Shown here: positions 20,403-36,763 of the stretch, one piece after another
Layout: each line of letters starts with the position of its first letter
How positions within the stretch are numbered: the first letter of the stretch is position 1
Assembly: GCA_963823665.1 (NCBI GenBank)
Contig: CAWGMQ010000005.1
Coordinates: 608,001 to 672,000 of the forward strand
Reading direction: 5' to 3'
Source of the DNA: an uncultured Planctomycetota bacterium
GTDB taxonomy: Bacteria; Planctomycetota; Planctomycetia; Isosphaerales; Isosphaeraceae
Length of the DNA stretch: 64,000 nucleotides
Position numbers and translations under genes: made by a program
Notes under the pieces: model-generated
The model's database searches: none
What the model was told of the DNA's origin: nothing
The model's input: only the letters and a program-made list of their open reading frames with translations

Positions 20403-20675
20403 CTTTCGCGGAGCGAAAGGCGACGATTGGGGCGGGAACGGGGAGGACCCTTCGCGGAGCGAAGGGCGACAATGGGGTGGAGTCTGCCGATGCCTTTGGA
20501 CTGGACGGCGGTGGAGGGGTTCGTTCCCTTAATCCTTGCAGGGAAAGGGCGCGCGTCGAATATACAAAACGAACTGGTGGGCGGTTGTGGAGGGGCGGAG
20601 GGGAACAACCGCGTGTCGGCGCTGGGGTTGCCGCGGAGCGGCAGCGGGGACGTTCCGACGCGGAGCGTGGGAACG
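20403..20675. repeat. Cluster of four REP-like hairpins sharing a CGC-GGA-GCG core
   Basis: CTTTCGCGGAGCGAAAG (20403), CCCTTCGCGGAGCGAAGGG (20448), TGCCGCGGAGCGGCA (20629), CGTTCCGACGCGGAGCGTGGGAACG (20651). Confidence 0.7.
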
Positions 20676-20790
20676 GCGATGCCGAACCGCTCTCTTCCGT
20701 TCCGCGCTGGCGGCTCATATGCTAGCGAGCAGTTAGGCGGAAGCGCACGCGTGCGACCAATCTGTTGTCCCAGAATCCTCGGAGGACACG

Positions 20791-22200
20791 ATGCCCCACT
20801 CTCTCTCCGACTCGCGCCGCTCGTTCCTCAAATCTGCGGCGGTGGCCTCCGCTGCGGCTTCCCTCACCACAACCGCGCTTGCCGAAGACGTTCATGAGCT
20901 CAAGCGCACTGTTGAGCCGTCCAAGGCCACCGGCCCGAATGACAAGCTCCAGATCGCCACCATCGGTATGGGAATCATCGGCTTCATCGACACCACCTGC
21001 GCCCTCAAAGTCCCCGGCATCGAACTCGTCGCCGCCGCTGACTTGTACGAAGGCCGGCGCACGCATGCCAAGGAAGTCTTTGGCGATAAAATCGAGACCT
21101 ACGTCGACTATCGCGAGATCCTTGGCCGCAACGACGTCGACGCGGTGCTGATCTGCGTCCCCGACCACTGGCACGCGAAGATGTCGATCGACGCCATGCA
21201 CGCCGGCAAGGCAGTCTATTGCGAAAAGCCGATGATCCGCTCCGTCGACGAAGGTCCATCGGTCATCGCCGCCCAGAGTGAGACGAAGGCCACTTTCCAG
21301 GTCGGCAGCCAGTTCGCCAGCTCGATCCTCTACGACAAGGTCAAGGAGCTTATCGCGTCCGGGTCGCTCGGCAAGGTGCACGCGATCGAGGCGCGCTACA
21401 ACCGCAATTCGGATCTGGGCGCGTGGCAATACTCGATCCCGACGGACGCCTCCCCGGCCACGATCGACTGGGATCGCTTCCTCGGTGACGCCCCCAAGCA
21501 TCCTTTCGACCCCATTCGCTTCTTCCGCTGGCGGAATTACTGGGATTACGGCACCGCCGTGGCCGGCGATCTCTTCATTCACCTGCTCACCGGCATTCAC
21601 CATGCCACCGGAGCCATCGGCCCCACGCGAGTCGCCGCCATGGGCGGGCAGCGGTTCTGGAATGACGGGCGCGACGTCTACGACATCATCATGGGATTGC
21701 TCGACTATCCCGAGACGAACGCGCACGGCAGCTTCACACTCTCGCTCGTCACAGACTTCGAGGACGGCGGCGGCGGCGGCACAGCATTCCGCTTCGTCGG
21801 TACCGACGGTGTCCTCAACGTGAGCTTCACCGAGATGACTCTGACCAGGGCCGGCATCGAGCACGCTTCAGCCGACCAGGTATTGAAGGGATATAACTCG
21901 GTCACGACGTTCTCGAAAGCCCAGCAGAAGGACCTTGCCGAGAAGTACCTGGCCGAGCATCCGCGCTCGAGCGAGAAGCAACCATCGAAGTCGAGCGAGA
22001 AGTATGTCGTGCCCAAGGGCTACGACGAGCGCCTGGACCATTTCATCAACTTCTTCAACGCCGTGCGCGAGAAAAAGCCCGTATACGAAGACGCCACCTT
22101 CGGCTACCGCGCCGCTGCCCCGGCCTTGCTCTGCAATGAAAGCTACCGGCAGAAGCGCGAGATTGACTGGGATCCGATTGCGATGAAGGTCGTTTCATAG
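20791..22200 (+). CDS. Tat-exported Gfo/Idh/MocA family oxidoreductase
   Basis: SRRSFLK twin-arginine signal, IGMGIIG, PDHWH, YCEKP, QVGSQ, WRNYWDYGT. Confidence 0.92.
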   Translation: MPHSLSDSRRSFLKSAAVASAAASLTTTALAEDVHELKRTVEPSKATGPNDKLQIATIGMGIIGFIDTTCALKVPGIELVAAADLYEGRRTHAKEVFGDKIETYVDYREILGRNDVDAVLICVPDHWHAKMSIDAMHAGKAVYCEKPMIRSVDEGPSVIAAQSETKATFQVGSQFASSILYDKVKELIASGSLGKVHAIEARYNRNSDLGAWQYSIPTDASPATIDWDRFLGDAPKHPFDPIRFFRWRNYWDYGTAVAGDLFIHLLTGIHHATGAIGPTRVAAMGGQRFWNDGRDVYDIIMGLLDYPETNAHGSFTLSLVTDFEDGGGGGTAFRFVGTDGVLNVSFTEMTLTRAGIEHASADQVLKGYNSVTTFSKAQQKDLAEKYLAEHPRSSEKQPSKSSEKYVVPKGYDERLDHFINFFNAVREKKPVYEDATFGYRAAAPALLCNESYRQKREIDWDPIAMKVVS

Positions 22201-22231
22201 CCCACCACTGCACCTTTTGCGTAGCAATCCC

Positions 22232-23572
22232 ATGATCACTACACTCGCCCGTTGTGGTTCCGTTCACTCGTTCCATCGCGTCGTCGTCATCTTCGCAATC
22301 GCGGCGATCGCCCCGACGCTTCCGGCGTCCGCCGAGACCCCCGAAACCGTCTCCGTGCGCGACTTCGGTGCCAAGGGCGACGGCCGCACCGACGATACTG
22401 CCGCGTTCCAGAAGGCCCTCGATGCGCAAGCCAAAGGCGGCGGCACCGTGCAGGCCGGCCGCGGCACGTTTTACTTCGCCGGTCACTTGAACGTACCCCG
22501 AGGCGTGACGCTCGAAGGCATCTGGAAATCCGTCCCGTCGCATACCGGCATTCGAGACCGCGGCGGTGTGAAACCCACCGCCGACGGCACCACGTTTCTC
22601 GTTACCGAAAACCGCGGCTCCGAGGCCGGCCCGCCATTCATCACCCTCCACGAGAACAGCACGCTCAAGGGCGTCGTGCTTTATTACCCCGACCAGAAGA
22701 CCGACGAGCCCCCGGCTCCCTATCCGTACGCGATTGCCCTGCGCGACAACAACCCGGCTGTTCTCCAGGTCGAGCTCTTGAACCCCTATAACGGCATCGA
22801 CGCCACCGGAAACAACCGCCATTTGATCCGCGACGTTTCAGGCCAGCCGTTGCGCCGTGGAATCTACGTCGACGGCATCTACGATATCGGCCGCATCGAG
22901 AATGTCCATTTCAACCCGTGGTGGAGCATGAGCCCCAGGCTCTTGAACTGGCAGATGGAAAACGGTGAAGCGTTCGTTTTCGGCCGAACCGATTGGCAAT
23001 ATGTTTTCAACACGTTTTGTTTCGGCTATCGTGTTGGATATCGCTTCATCGAGACGCGCAACGGGATGTGCAACGGAAACTTCCTGGGGCTGGGAGCCGA
23101 CGATTGCTACACGGCCGTGGTGGTCGATGGGAGCCCGCGGTTCGGCATCTTGATCACCAATGGCGAGTTCGTTTCCTTTCACGGCCCTGACCCGACGATG
23201 GTTGCGGTCAGTCAATCGAATTCCGGCTCGGTGCGGTTCGTGAATTGTGCGTTCTGGGGCCCATGCAATCAAATCGCGCGCATCGCCGGGCGAGGTACTG
23301 TCGGCTTCAGCGATTGCACCTTCATGCAATGGGATGGGAAGCACGAGGGAAGAGCCGCTCTGCAAGTGCAAAGCGGCAGCGTGGTCGTGCGCGGTTGTGA
23401 ATTCCAGGAAGCCAAGGCCCATATCGAGCTTGGCGAAAACGTTCGCCGGGCGATCGTAAGCGAGAATCTCTTTCAGGGCGCAGAGCAAATCAAGAACAAC
23501 AGCAAAGGCAGCGTAAAGATCTCCGACAACGCGGCGGACCCTAACCCGGTAAGAACCAGACGGCCGCAGTGA
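22232..23572 (+). CDS. Secreted pectate-lyase-superfamily / GH28-related beta-helix protein
   Basis: Signal peptide then SVRDFGAKGDGRTDDTAAFQKALD; parallel beta-helix-like repeats follow. Confidence 0.82.
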   Translation: MITTLARCGSVHSFHRVVVIFAIAAIAPTLPASAETPETVSVRDFGAKGDGRTDDTAAFQKALDAQAKGGGTVQAGRGTFYFAGHLNVPRGVTLEGIWKSVPSHTGIRDRGGVKPTADGTTFLVTENRGSEAGPPFITLHENSTLKGVVLYYPDQKTDEPPAPYPYAIALRDNNPAVLQVELLNPYNGIDATGNNRHLIRDVSGQPLRRGIYVDGIYDIGRIENVHFNPWWSMSPRLLNWQMENGEAFVFGRTDWQYVFNTFCFGYRVGYRFIETRNGMCNGNFLGLGADDCYTAVVVDGSPRFGILITNGEFVSFHGPDPTMVAVSQSNSGSVRFVNCAFWGPCNQIARIAGRGTVGFSDCTFMQWDGKHEGRAALQVQSGSVVVRGCEFQEAKAHIELGENVRRAIVSENLFQGAEQIKNNSKGSVKISDNAADPNPVRTRRPQ

Positions 23573-23620
23573 ATCATCCCTCATCCGCGGTATCCGCATC
23601 GAATACGGACACAGCCACGA

Positions 23621-24325
23621 ATGACGCAAACCAATAGCGCCCGCATCATCGACCTCTCCCACGCGCTCGACCCATCCACTCCGCCCTGGCCGGGCAATCC
23701 CGCCGTGGCAGTCCAGGTCGTCTCCAAGATCCCGCCCCATCGCGGTCCGCGCGACCGCGGCTCCCCGGGCGAGGCCATTTCTTGCAACACCACGGCCTTC
23801 CTCACCTGCAACCACACCGGCACGCACATGGATGCCCCCGCGCACTTCTACAATGGCGTGCCGACTATCGAACTGGTGCCCCTGGAAAAGTGCATCGGGC
23901 CGGCCGCCTTGATCGACGTACGCCAGGTTCCGCCGGGCGGCGAAATCACGCCTGCGTTTCTCATCCCCCTTGAAGAATCGATCAAGGCCACCGGCAAGGT
24001 GGTTTTCTGGACGGGCTGGTCCAGCCGCTGGGGTGCTCAGAACTACTTCGATGATTACCCGGTCATGAGCGAAGCATCCGCAGTCTGGCTCGTCGACCGG
24101 GGAGTGCACCTCGTGGCGCTCGACACTCCGTCGCCCGACCGCGATCCACATCCCGTCCATTATGTCTTGCTCGGCGCGAACGTCGTGATCGTCGAGAACC
24201 TGACCGGCCTCGAACGCATCGGCCGAGATGTGTTCGACCTGATCGTCGTCCCCCTGCCGCTGCGAGGGCTCGAGGCATCGCCGGTTCGCGCCGTCGCCGT
24301 GATGCCCGGCCGCGATTCCGGCTGA
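23621..24325 (+). CDS. Cyclase family protein (kynurenine formamidase-like)
   Basis: IIDLSH, HTGTHMDAPAH, DTPSPD, HYVLL, IVENL, ASPVRAVA. Confidence 0.92.
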   Translation: MTQTNSARIIDLSHALDPSTPPWPGNPAVAVQVVSKIPPHRGPRDRGSPGEAISCNTTAFLTCNHTGTHMDAPAHFYNGVPTIELVPLEKCIGPAALIDVRQVPPGGEITPAFLIPLEESIKATGKVVFWTGWSSRWGAQNYFDDYPVMSEASAVWLVDRGVHLVALDTPSPDRDPHPVHYVLLGANVVIVENLTGLERIGRDVFDLIVVPLPLRGLEASPVRAVAVMPGRDSG

Positions 24326-24453
24326 ATCACGGCGCCCCCGCCGCAAACCCGCTCCTTTACACCATTCCGGCCGTCTGATACGCTCGCAAATGGACCATGT
24401 CCCGGCCCGTCAGAGCGACTGCCGGCGCCTGTCTGACCTCGCGGGCATAACAC

Positions 24454-25158
24454 ATGAGCTCACAAGTCTCGGTCCGCTCGATTGACTCTCTCAAGGAACT
24501 ACGCGTCGCGCTGGCCTTGTACGGCGAAGACACGCTCGGGGCCCTCGGGGCCGTGGAAGCCGAGGTTCGCCGCACGGTGAGGTGGCTTCAGGAAGTGCAG
24601 CCGGTCTACTGGCAAGACCAGATCAAGCGCCGCCGCGAGAAGGTCTCGATGGCCCGTGCCGAGGTATTCAAGAAGAACTTGCAGAAACGCGCCGATTACA
24701 GCCCGCCGATGTCCGAGCAGAAAGAGAACCTGCGCAAGGCCGAGGCCAGTCTCCAGGATGCAGAAAAACGCTACGCGGCCGTCAAGAAGTGGCAGCCCCT
24801 GTTCAAGCAAGCCGTCCTCGAATATCACGGCAGCGTCCAGCGACTCAAGGATCTTTCGGCGGGTGATGTTCCGCGCGCCGTGAACCTGCTCAGCCGGATG
24901 ATCGACTCGCTCGAATCCTATCTCCGGGTGACGGCGCCTTCAGGCCTCGAAACTCTCCCGTCGTCCGGCTCCGGCGCCGGGACATCGATGGCGATTCCGA
25001 CTGCCCAGGTCGATACGGTCGCGGTGCAGGCCCTCGATGAAGCCGAGGCCGCCGCCGCGCTCGAGGCCAAGGCCAAGGCCTCAGATCAGTCGGCTGCCGG
25101 CGCCGCCGCCGCCGTAGAGCCCGCGTCGCCTTCAAACGACGAGGCCGTCGATGCCTGA
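24454..25158 (+). CDS. Helical/coiled-coil protein, putative type VII secretion-associated substrate or partner
   Basis: All-helical N-terminal ~160 aa with YWQDQI, then an Ala/Ser-rich tail; overlaps the next gene by 8 nt. Confidence 0.7.
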   Translation: MSSQVSVRSIDSLKELRVALALYGEDTLGALGAVEAEVRRTVRWLQEVQPVYWQDQIKRRREKVSMARAEVFKKNLQKRADYSPPMSEQKENLRKAEASLQDAEKRYAAVKKWQPLFKQAVLEYHGSVQRLKDLSAGDVPRAVNLLSRMIDSLESYLRVTAPSGLETLPSSGSGAGTSMAIPTAQVDTVAVQALDEAEAAAALEAKAKASDQSAAGAAAAVEPASPSNDEAVDA

Positions 25159-25390
25159 CGCAAAAATCCTCGCGGGCGCGACCCGTCTGAAGCAGACCAC
25201 ACGCGTCCTGCGGGACTTGTGGCTCTCGACCGAGGCAGGCTGGGGCGACGCCGTTCGCCAGCGCTTTGAGGAACGCTACCTCGCGCCCATCGACCCGGCT
25301 GTCGATTCCGCAATCAACGGCCTGCAGGCGATGGCCGAAATACTCGAACGAGTTCGACGCGATTGTTCCGATCGGAGTGAGATATTGTGA
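25151..25390 (+). CDS. WXG100/ESAT-6-like small helix-turn-helix protein (W-x-D variant)
   Basis: 79 aa, two amphipathic helices around GWGDAVRQRFEE; GTGA overlap with the FtsK gene. Confidence 0.65.
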   Translation: MPDAKILAGATRLKQTTRVLRDLWLSTEAGWGDAVRQRFEERYLAPIDPAVDSAINGLQAMAEILERVRRDCSDRSEIL

Positions 25391-28300
25391 CGACCTCGAC
25401 CACCGGCTTGCGCCCCCTGCCCTATCCCAGCACCGGCCCGAGCACGATGGGACACTCCGAGCCGGAAGTTCTCAAGCGCGAGCGAGCGGTCCTGCGGAAC
25501 GTGCTTGATCTGGTATCCCAGCGCGCCCAGGTCGAGGCGGAGGTTCACCTCGCTCGCACGTCGGGCGATCAGACCGCCGACTCGGAGTACGCGAAGGCAC
25601 GCCAGGCGCTGGCCGAGAAGCTCGAGAGGCTTGAGCGCGAGGCAGTCGCGGAGGACGAGAAGCAAAGGCGCGCGATCGTCACCGCGGGGATTGAGGGCGA
25701 GAACAAGTCCAAGGCCGAATTCGCCGCCGGCAGCCGCAAGATCGCCACGCTCTTCGACTCCGCGCGCGAAACCGTCAAAAGCGACTACGCAGCCGCCAAG
25801 TCCGATGCCGCCGCCACTCATGATTCGGCTCAGAAGAAGGCGGCCAGGCATAACGCCGAGAAGAGCAAGCCGATCGAGGATAGCGCGGGCATGGCTGACT
25901 CCGTCCGCAACCGTCTGGCCGTTCTCGCTGCCGAGTACAAGAAGTTCAAGCTCGATCCCGACCCGCCGTCGGCCGTGAGCGAGTCGTACGACAGGTTCGC
26001 TGATCCGGGCGACGAGCTCTTCACCCGGCTGGCGCGCATGGACCAGCCGCTCCGTCTTCTCGAGGGCCTGATCATTCCCAAGTCGATGAAAGGCGGTCGA
26101 GAATCCTGGGTCTTCATCTTGCTAATCTCGCTCTTTGCTGGTGCGGGCATGCTGCTCTTGGGCGACGTCACCGGCCTGGGTGTCGGTGTCGTCCTGGGTG
26201 GAGTTCTCGCGTTCTTGCTTCGCACGTGGCTCGTCAAGCTCTGCCACACCCAGCTCGAACGACTGTACACGCCGCTCACGCAATCACTGGCCGATGCCGA
26301 TGCGCTCACCGCTTTCTGCCGCGTCAAGGTCAGCAACGAGCTCAGGGAAGAACGCAAGAAAATCGCCCTCCGCCGGGAGGAAGACCTCAAACGCGCCGAC
26401 GACAACTACCGCAAGGCCTTCGCCGCCGCCGAAAGTGCGCGCGATGAAAAACTCCGCATGATCAATGAAAAGTACGCCAACCGGATGGTTGAAGTGCAGA
26501 CCACTCGCGAGCGAGAGCTGCGCAGCGCCATCGACGCCCATGACCGCCGCATGGCCGAGCTCAAATCGATGGCCGCGACCGGCTACCCCAAGCTCGAAGA
26601 GAGATTTAAGGCATACACGCAGCGGGTCCGCTCTGAACACGAGTCGGCGTGGAGTGCGCTCGCCGCGCGCTGGCGCGACGGCTTGAACCAGGCCGCGGCC
26701 GACTTGGCCGCGGTGGGTCGCGAGGTCGACGCCTTCTGCCCCGAATGGCACGACCAGGTCTGGCTGTCGCGGGCGCTGCCGAAACTGGTCCCCCCTGTGG
26801 TTCGCTTCGGCACGGTTCCCCTTGACCTTGCCACGCTGCCCGGCGGTGTTTCGAAATTCGCCGACTTGATGGAAGGCGTGCCCACGTCGTTCAACTTTCC
26901 CGCTCTGCGGCCCTTCCCGGCCAGTGCCAACCTCCTGATCGAGACACCCGCTGAGGCTCGCGGTGCCGCGCTCGAGGTTCTTCAGGCATCGATGTTCTCA
27001 TTGCTGGCCAGCCTGCCGCCGGGGCACGTTCGCTTCACGATCATCGACCCCATCGGCATCGGCCGCAACTTCGGCGCGTTCATGCATCTGGCTGACTATG
27101 ACGGTGCGCTCGTGACCACGCAGGTCTGGACCGACCCCCGCCAGATCGAGGAGCGGCTCGCCGACCTGGCTGCGCACATGGAAACCGTCACCCAGAAATA
27201 CCTCCGCAACGAGTATGCCACGATCGAAGAATACAACGCGGTCGCCGAGGAAGTCGCCGAGCCGTACCGCGTGCTCGTCGTCGCGGACTTTCCCACCAAG
27301 TTCGACGAGAAGTCGGCAGCCCGCCTGGCCGCAATCGCATCGGGAGGGGTTCCGTGCGGCGTCCTGACGCTGGTCGCCGCCGACACGTCCAAGCCCCTTC
27401 CCCTCGGATTCAGTCTCGATGAGCTCCGCCCGTCGTGTGCCCACCTCATCTGGGATGCTGCGAGCACTCGGCTGGTCTGGGACGACCCACATTTCGGCAC
27501 GTACCCCCTTGCGCTCCTCGGGCCTCCGCTCGCCGAGTTCGCCACGGCCGAAATCCAGAAAATCGGCTCGGCCGCCAGGGATGCCAAGCGGGTCGAGGTG
27601 CCCTTCGATTTCATCAGCCCGTCCGACCATCGGTACTGGACCCGAGACAGCCGCGGCGGGATCGACGTTCCGCTCGGCAAGGCCGGCGCCACCAAGCGCC
27701 AGCACTTCACGCTCGGTCATGGAACATCCCAGCATGTGCTGATCGCCGGGCGCACCGGCTCGGGCAAGTCGACGCTCATGCATGCCCTGATCGTCAACCT
27801 CGCCTTGAATTACAGCCCCGACGAGATCGACCTCTATCTGATTGACTTCAAGAAAGGGGTCGAGTTCAAGGTTTATGCTACCTACGAATTCCCCCACTCG
27901 AGCGTCGTCGCGATCGAGAGCGAGCGCGAATTCGGCATCAGCGTGCTCGAGCGGCTGGATGCCGAGCTCCGCCTGAGAGCCGACCGGTTCCGCGACGCCG
28001 GCGTGCAAGACGTAGCCGGCTACCGCAACACCCCCGGTACGCCCCCGCTGCCGCGCATCCTCTTGATCGTCGACGAATTCCAGGAGTTCTTCAGCGAGGA
28101 AGACAAGCTCGCCCAGGAAGCCGCACTGTGGCTCGATCGCCTGGTGCGCCAGGGCCGAGCCTTCGGCATCCACATCATCCTCGGCTCCCAGAGCCTGGGC
28201 GGCGCGTTCACGCTTGCCCGTAGCACCCTGGGCCAGATGGCAGTGCGCATCGCACTCCAGTGCAGTGAGAACGATGCTCACTTGATCTTGAGCGAAAACA

Positions 28301-29385
28301 ACATCGCCCCCCGTATGCTCTCGCGCCCCGGCGAAGCCATTTACAACGATGCCAACGGCGCTCCCGAGGGCAACCACTTCTTCCAGGTTGTCTGGCTTTC
28401 GGAGGAGCGCCGCGAAGCGCATCTGAAAGAGTTGCTGGAGATGGCGCGAGCGCAAAAGCCTGTGCTTGCTCGCTCGCCGATCGTGTTCGAAGGAGACGCC
28501 CCCGCGGTGCTGGCGCGCAACCAACTGCTCCAGGCCCGGCTTCAGAGCCCAGCGTGGCCCGAATCACCCCGTTCCGCGCAGGCCTGGGTGGGCGAAGCCA
28601 TCTCGATCAAAGACCCGACGCACGCGCTGTTCCGCCGCCAGGGAGCGAACAACCTTCTGATCGTCGGACAGAACGAGGAAGCGGCGCTGGGAGTCTCGGT
28701 TGCGGTCCTGATCAGCCTGGCCGCCCAGTTCTCACCGGCCGCCTCCGATGCGGTTCGCCAGGGAGCTCGTTTCTACATACTCGACGGCACGCCCGAAGAC
28801 AGCCCCAATGCCGGAGTTCTCGCTCGGGTCTGTGCGGCCTTACCACAAACGCCCGAGCTCGGCGGCTGGCGAGAGCTCGGTCAGATACTCACCACGGTGG
28901 CCGCCGAGGTCAAACGCCGCCAGGAGGCCAAGACCGACGGTCCGGAGCTCTTCCTTCTGATCCACGACCTACCGCGCTTCCGCGACTTGAGGCGCCGGGA
29001 GGATGACTTCAGCTTCTCGCGCAAGGACGACGAGGAAGCCACTCCCCCCGACCAGCTCGAGGTGATTCTGCGCGAAGGGCCGGTACTGGGCGTGCACTTG
29101 ATCACCTGGTGCGACACCGTCAACAACCTCAATCGCTTCTTCGCTCACCAGATCCTGCGCGAGTTCGAGATGCGGGTGCTGTTCCAGATGAGCCCGAACG
29201 ACTCCGGCCACATGCTCGACGCCCCCGCCGCCAGCAAGCTGGGCCCGCATCGAGCGCTCTTCCACAGCGAAGAACAAAACCGCCTAGAAAAGTTCCGCCC
29301 GTACGGAATCCCGAGCCCAGAATGGCTCGATTCCCTCGGCAAGCAATTGAGCCAGCGCCCTGCACCGGGCGGGTCGGCCTCATAG
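25387..29385 (+). CDS. FtsK/SpoIIIE-domain ATPase, EccC/EssC-like (coiled coil, 2 TM, three ATPase-like domains)
   Basis: HVLIAGRTGSGKS Walker A, LYLIDFKKGVEF, LLIVDEFQ Walker B, RQGRAFGIHIILGSQ; degenerate copies before (FTIIDP, VLVVADFP) and after (LLIVGQN, LLIHDL, REGPVLGVHLI). Confidence 0.9.
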   Translation: MTTSTTGLRPLPYPSTGPSTMGHSEPEVLKRERAVLRNVLDLVSQRAQVEAEVHLARTSGDQTADSEYAKARQALAEKLERLEREAVAEDEKQRRAIVTAGIEGENKSKAEFAAGSRKIATLFDSARETVKSDYAAAKSDAAATHDSAQKKAARHNAEKSKPIEDSAGMADSVRNRLAVLAAEYKKFKLDPDPPSAVSESYDRFADPGDELFTRLARMDQPLRLLEGLIIPKSMKGGRESWVFILLISLFAGAGMLLLGDVTGLGVGVVLGGVLAFLLRTWLVKLCHTQLERLYTPLTQSLADADALTAFCRVKVSNELREERKKIALRREEDLKRADDNYRKAFAAAESARDEKLRMINEKYANRMVEVQTTRERELRSAIDAHDRRMAELKSMAATGYPKLEERFKAYTQRVRSEHESAWSALAARWRDGLNQAAADLAAVGREVDAFCPEWHDQVWLSRALPKLVPPVVRFGTVPLDLATLPGGVSKFADLMEGVPTSFNFPALRPFPASANLLIETPAEARGAALEVLQASMFSLLASLPPGHVRFTIIDPIGIGRNFGAFMHLADYDGALVTTQVWTDPRQIEERLADLAAHMETVTQKYLRNEYATIEEYNAVAEEVAEPYRVLVVADFPTKFDEKSAARLAAIASGGVPCGVLTLVAADTSKPLPLGFSLDELRPSCAHLIWDAASTRLVWDDPHFGTYPLALLGPPLAEFATAEIQKIGSAARDAKRVEVPFDFISPSDHRYWTRDSRGGIDVPLGKAGATKRQHFTLGHGTSQHVLIAGRTGSGKSTLMHALIVNLALNYSPDEIDLYLIDFKKGVEFKVYATYEFPHSSVVAIESEREFGISVLERLDAELRLRADRFRDAGVQDVAGYRNTPGTPPLPRILLIVDEFQEFFSEEDKLAQEAALWLDRLVRQGRAFGIHIILGSQSLGGAFTLARSTLGQMAVRIALQCSENDAHLILSENNIAPRMLSRPGEAIYNDANGAPEGNHFFQVVWLSEERREAHLKELLEMARAQKPVLARSPIVFEGDAPAVLARNQLLQARLQSPAWPESPRSAQAWVGEAISIKDPTHALFRRQGANNLLIVGQNEEAALGVSVAVLISLAAQFSPAASDAVRQGARFYILDGTPEDSPNAGVLARVCAALPQTPELGGWRELGQILTTVAAEVKRRQEAKTDGPELFLLIHDLPRFRDLRRREDDFSFSRKDDEEATPPDQLEVILREGPVLGVHLITWCDTVNNLNRFFAHQILREFEMRVLFQMSPNDSGHMLDAPAASKLGPHRALFHSEEQNRLEKFRPYGIPSPEWLDSLGKQLSQRPAPGGSAS

Positions 29386-29532
29386 TCGATCACTCGCACC
29401 ACCTCGGCAACCGATCATTTCCGAAGCCGCCCCCCTAAGAACGACGCGGTCGAATCGTTATAGTAAGAGGCAACTCTTCCCATCTCGTCCCGGCCTCCCG
29501 GATGAGGCTCGAATCCAATCAGCGAGGCTGCC

Positions 29533-35685
<6,153 letters not shown>

Positions 35686-35710
35686 GTCCCGCACCCAAGT
35701 TTTCACGCCG

Positions 35711-36205
35711 ATGATCGCAACAAGCATCCAGATTACACGACCGTCGGCCGGAGCCGGCTTTCGGCTCGAGGCATCGCAGTTCCTGCCTCAGCCGCGCGAC
35801 CGCATATTCGACTTTTTCTCAGATGCCTTTCAACTTGAAACACTCACGCCCTCGTGGCTCAAGTTCTCCGTGCTCACGAAAGCACCGATTCAGATCTCCG
35901 TGGGGACAACGATCGACTACAAGCTCAAGCTTCATGGCATTCCGATTCGCTGGCAGAGCCTGATCAGCGATTGGGAGCCTCCTTCACGCTTCGTCGATCG
36001 CCAGGTGCACGGCCCTTACCGCCGCTGGAACCACGAGCACATTTTTCAGCCCGTGGCAGGGGGAACTCTCTGCCTTGACGTTGTGGAATACGAAGTCATT
36101 GGGGGGAGGCTGATTCACTCACTCTTCGTCCGGCCCGATTTGCTCAAGATATTTGCGTTCCGCCAGCAAAAGCTGAACGAGGCGTTTGCAACCATCAATG
36201 AGTGA
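35711..36205 (+). CDS. SRPBCC family protein
   Basis: [47 protein letters not shown]. Confidence 0.85.
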   Translation: MIATSIQITRPSAGAGFRLEASQFLPQPRDRIFDFFSDAFQLETLTPSWLKFSVLTKAPIQISVGTTIDYKLKLHGIPIRWQSLISDWEPPSRFVDRQVHGPYRRWNHEHIFQPVAGGTLCLDVVEYEVIGGRLIHSLFVRPDLLKIFAFRQQKLNEAFATINE

Positions 36206-36763
36206 ACGATCGAGACCTATCGGGACAGAAGACGACGCTGAGCGCGCCAGCCAGCTGGCCGACGGTGGCCTGGGACTTGCTCGTCGTACCCCCGCCGCGC
36301 AAACCATCGTACTTGGGTTCTTCATCGCGGTATGCTTTGCCGCCGCGGGCATCGGCGCGCTCATCACAACGTCTTCGGTCGGCACCTGGTATCAAGTGCT
36401 GTCGAAGCCGGCGTGGACACCGCCCGATTGGGTCTTCGGTCCAGTGTGGACCGCACTCTACATCATGATGGCTGTCGCAGGTTGGCTCATCTGCGCGCGG
36501 GCGCCTGGACCAGCGCCCGAGCCCCGCTCTGTTGGTTCGCCGTCCAGCTCGTGCTCAACGTGGGCTGGTCGGTGCTCTTTTTCGGCTTGCGCAGCCCCGG
36601 CGTCGCCTTTCTCGAGATCCTACCGCTATGGCTCTCGATCGCCGTGATGGCTGTCTTATTTCACCGTCGCTCCAAAACCGCGGCCTTGCTTGTTGCCCCG
36701 TACCTCCTCTGGACAACATTCGCAGCATTTCTGAATTTCGCGGTCTGGAGAATGAATTCATGA
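36198..36763 (+). CDS. tspO: TspO/MBR family tryptophan-rich sensory protein (frameshift near 36495)
   Basis: [55 protein letters not shown]. Confidence 0.9.

Noticed and set aside
25387..29385. Cell-division FtsK or a conjugative-element ATPase
   Set aside because: No gamma domain, three ATPase-like domains, WXG100-like neighbours, and no relaxase or integrase nearby.
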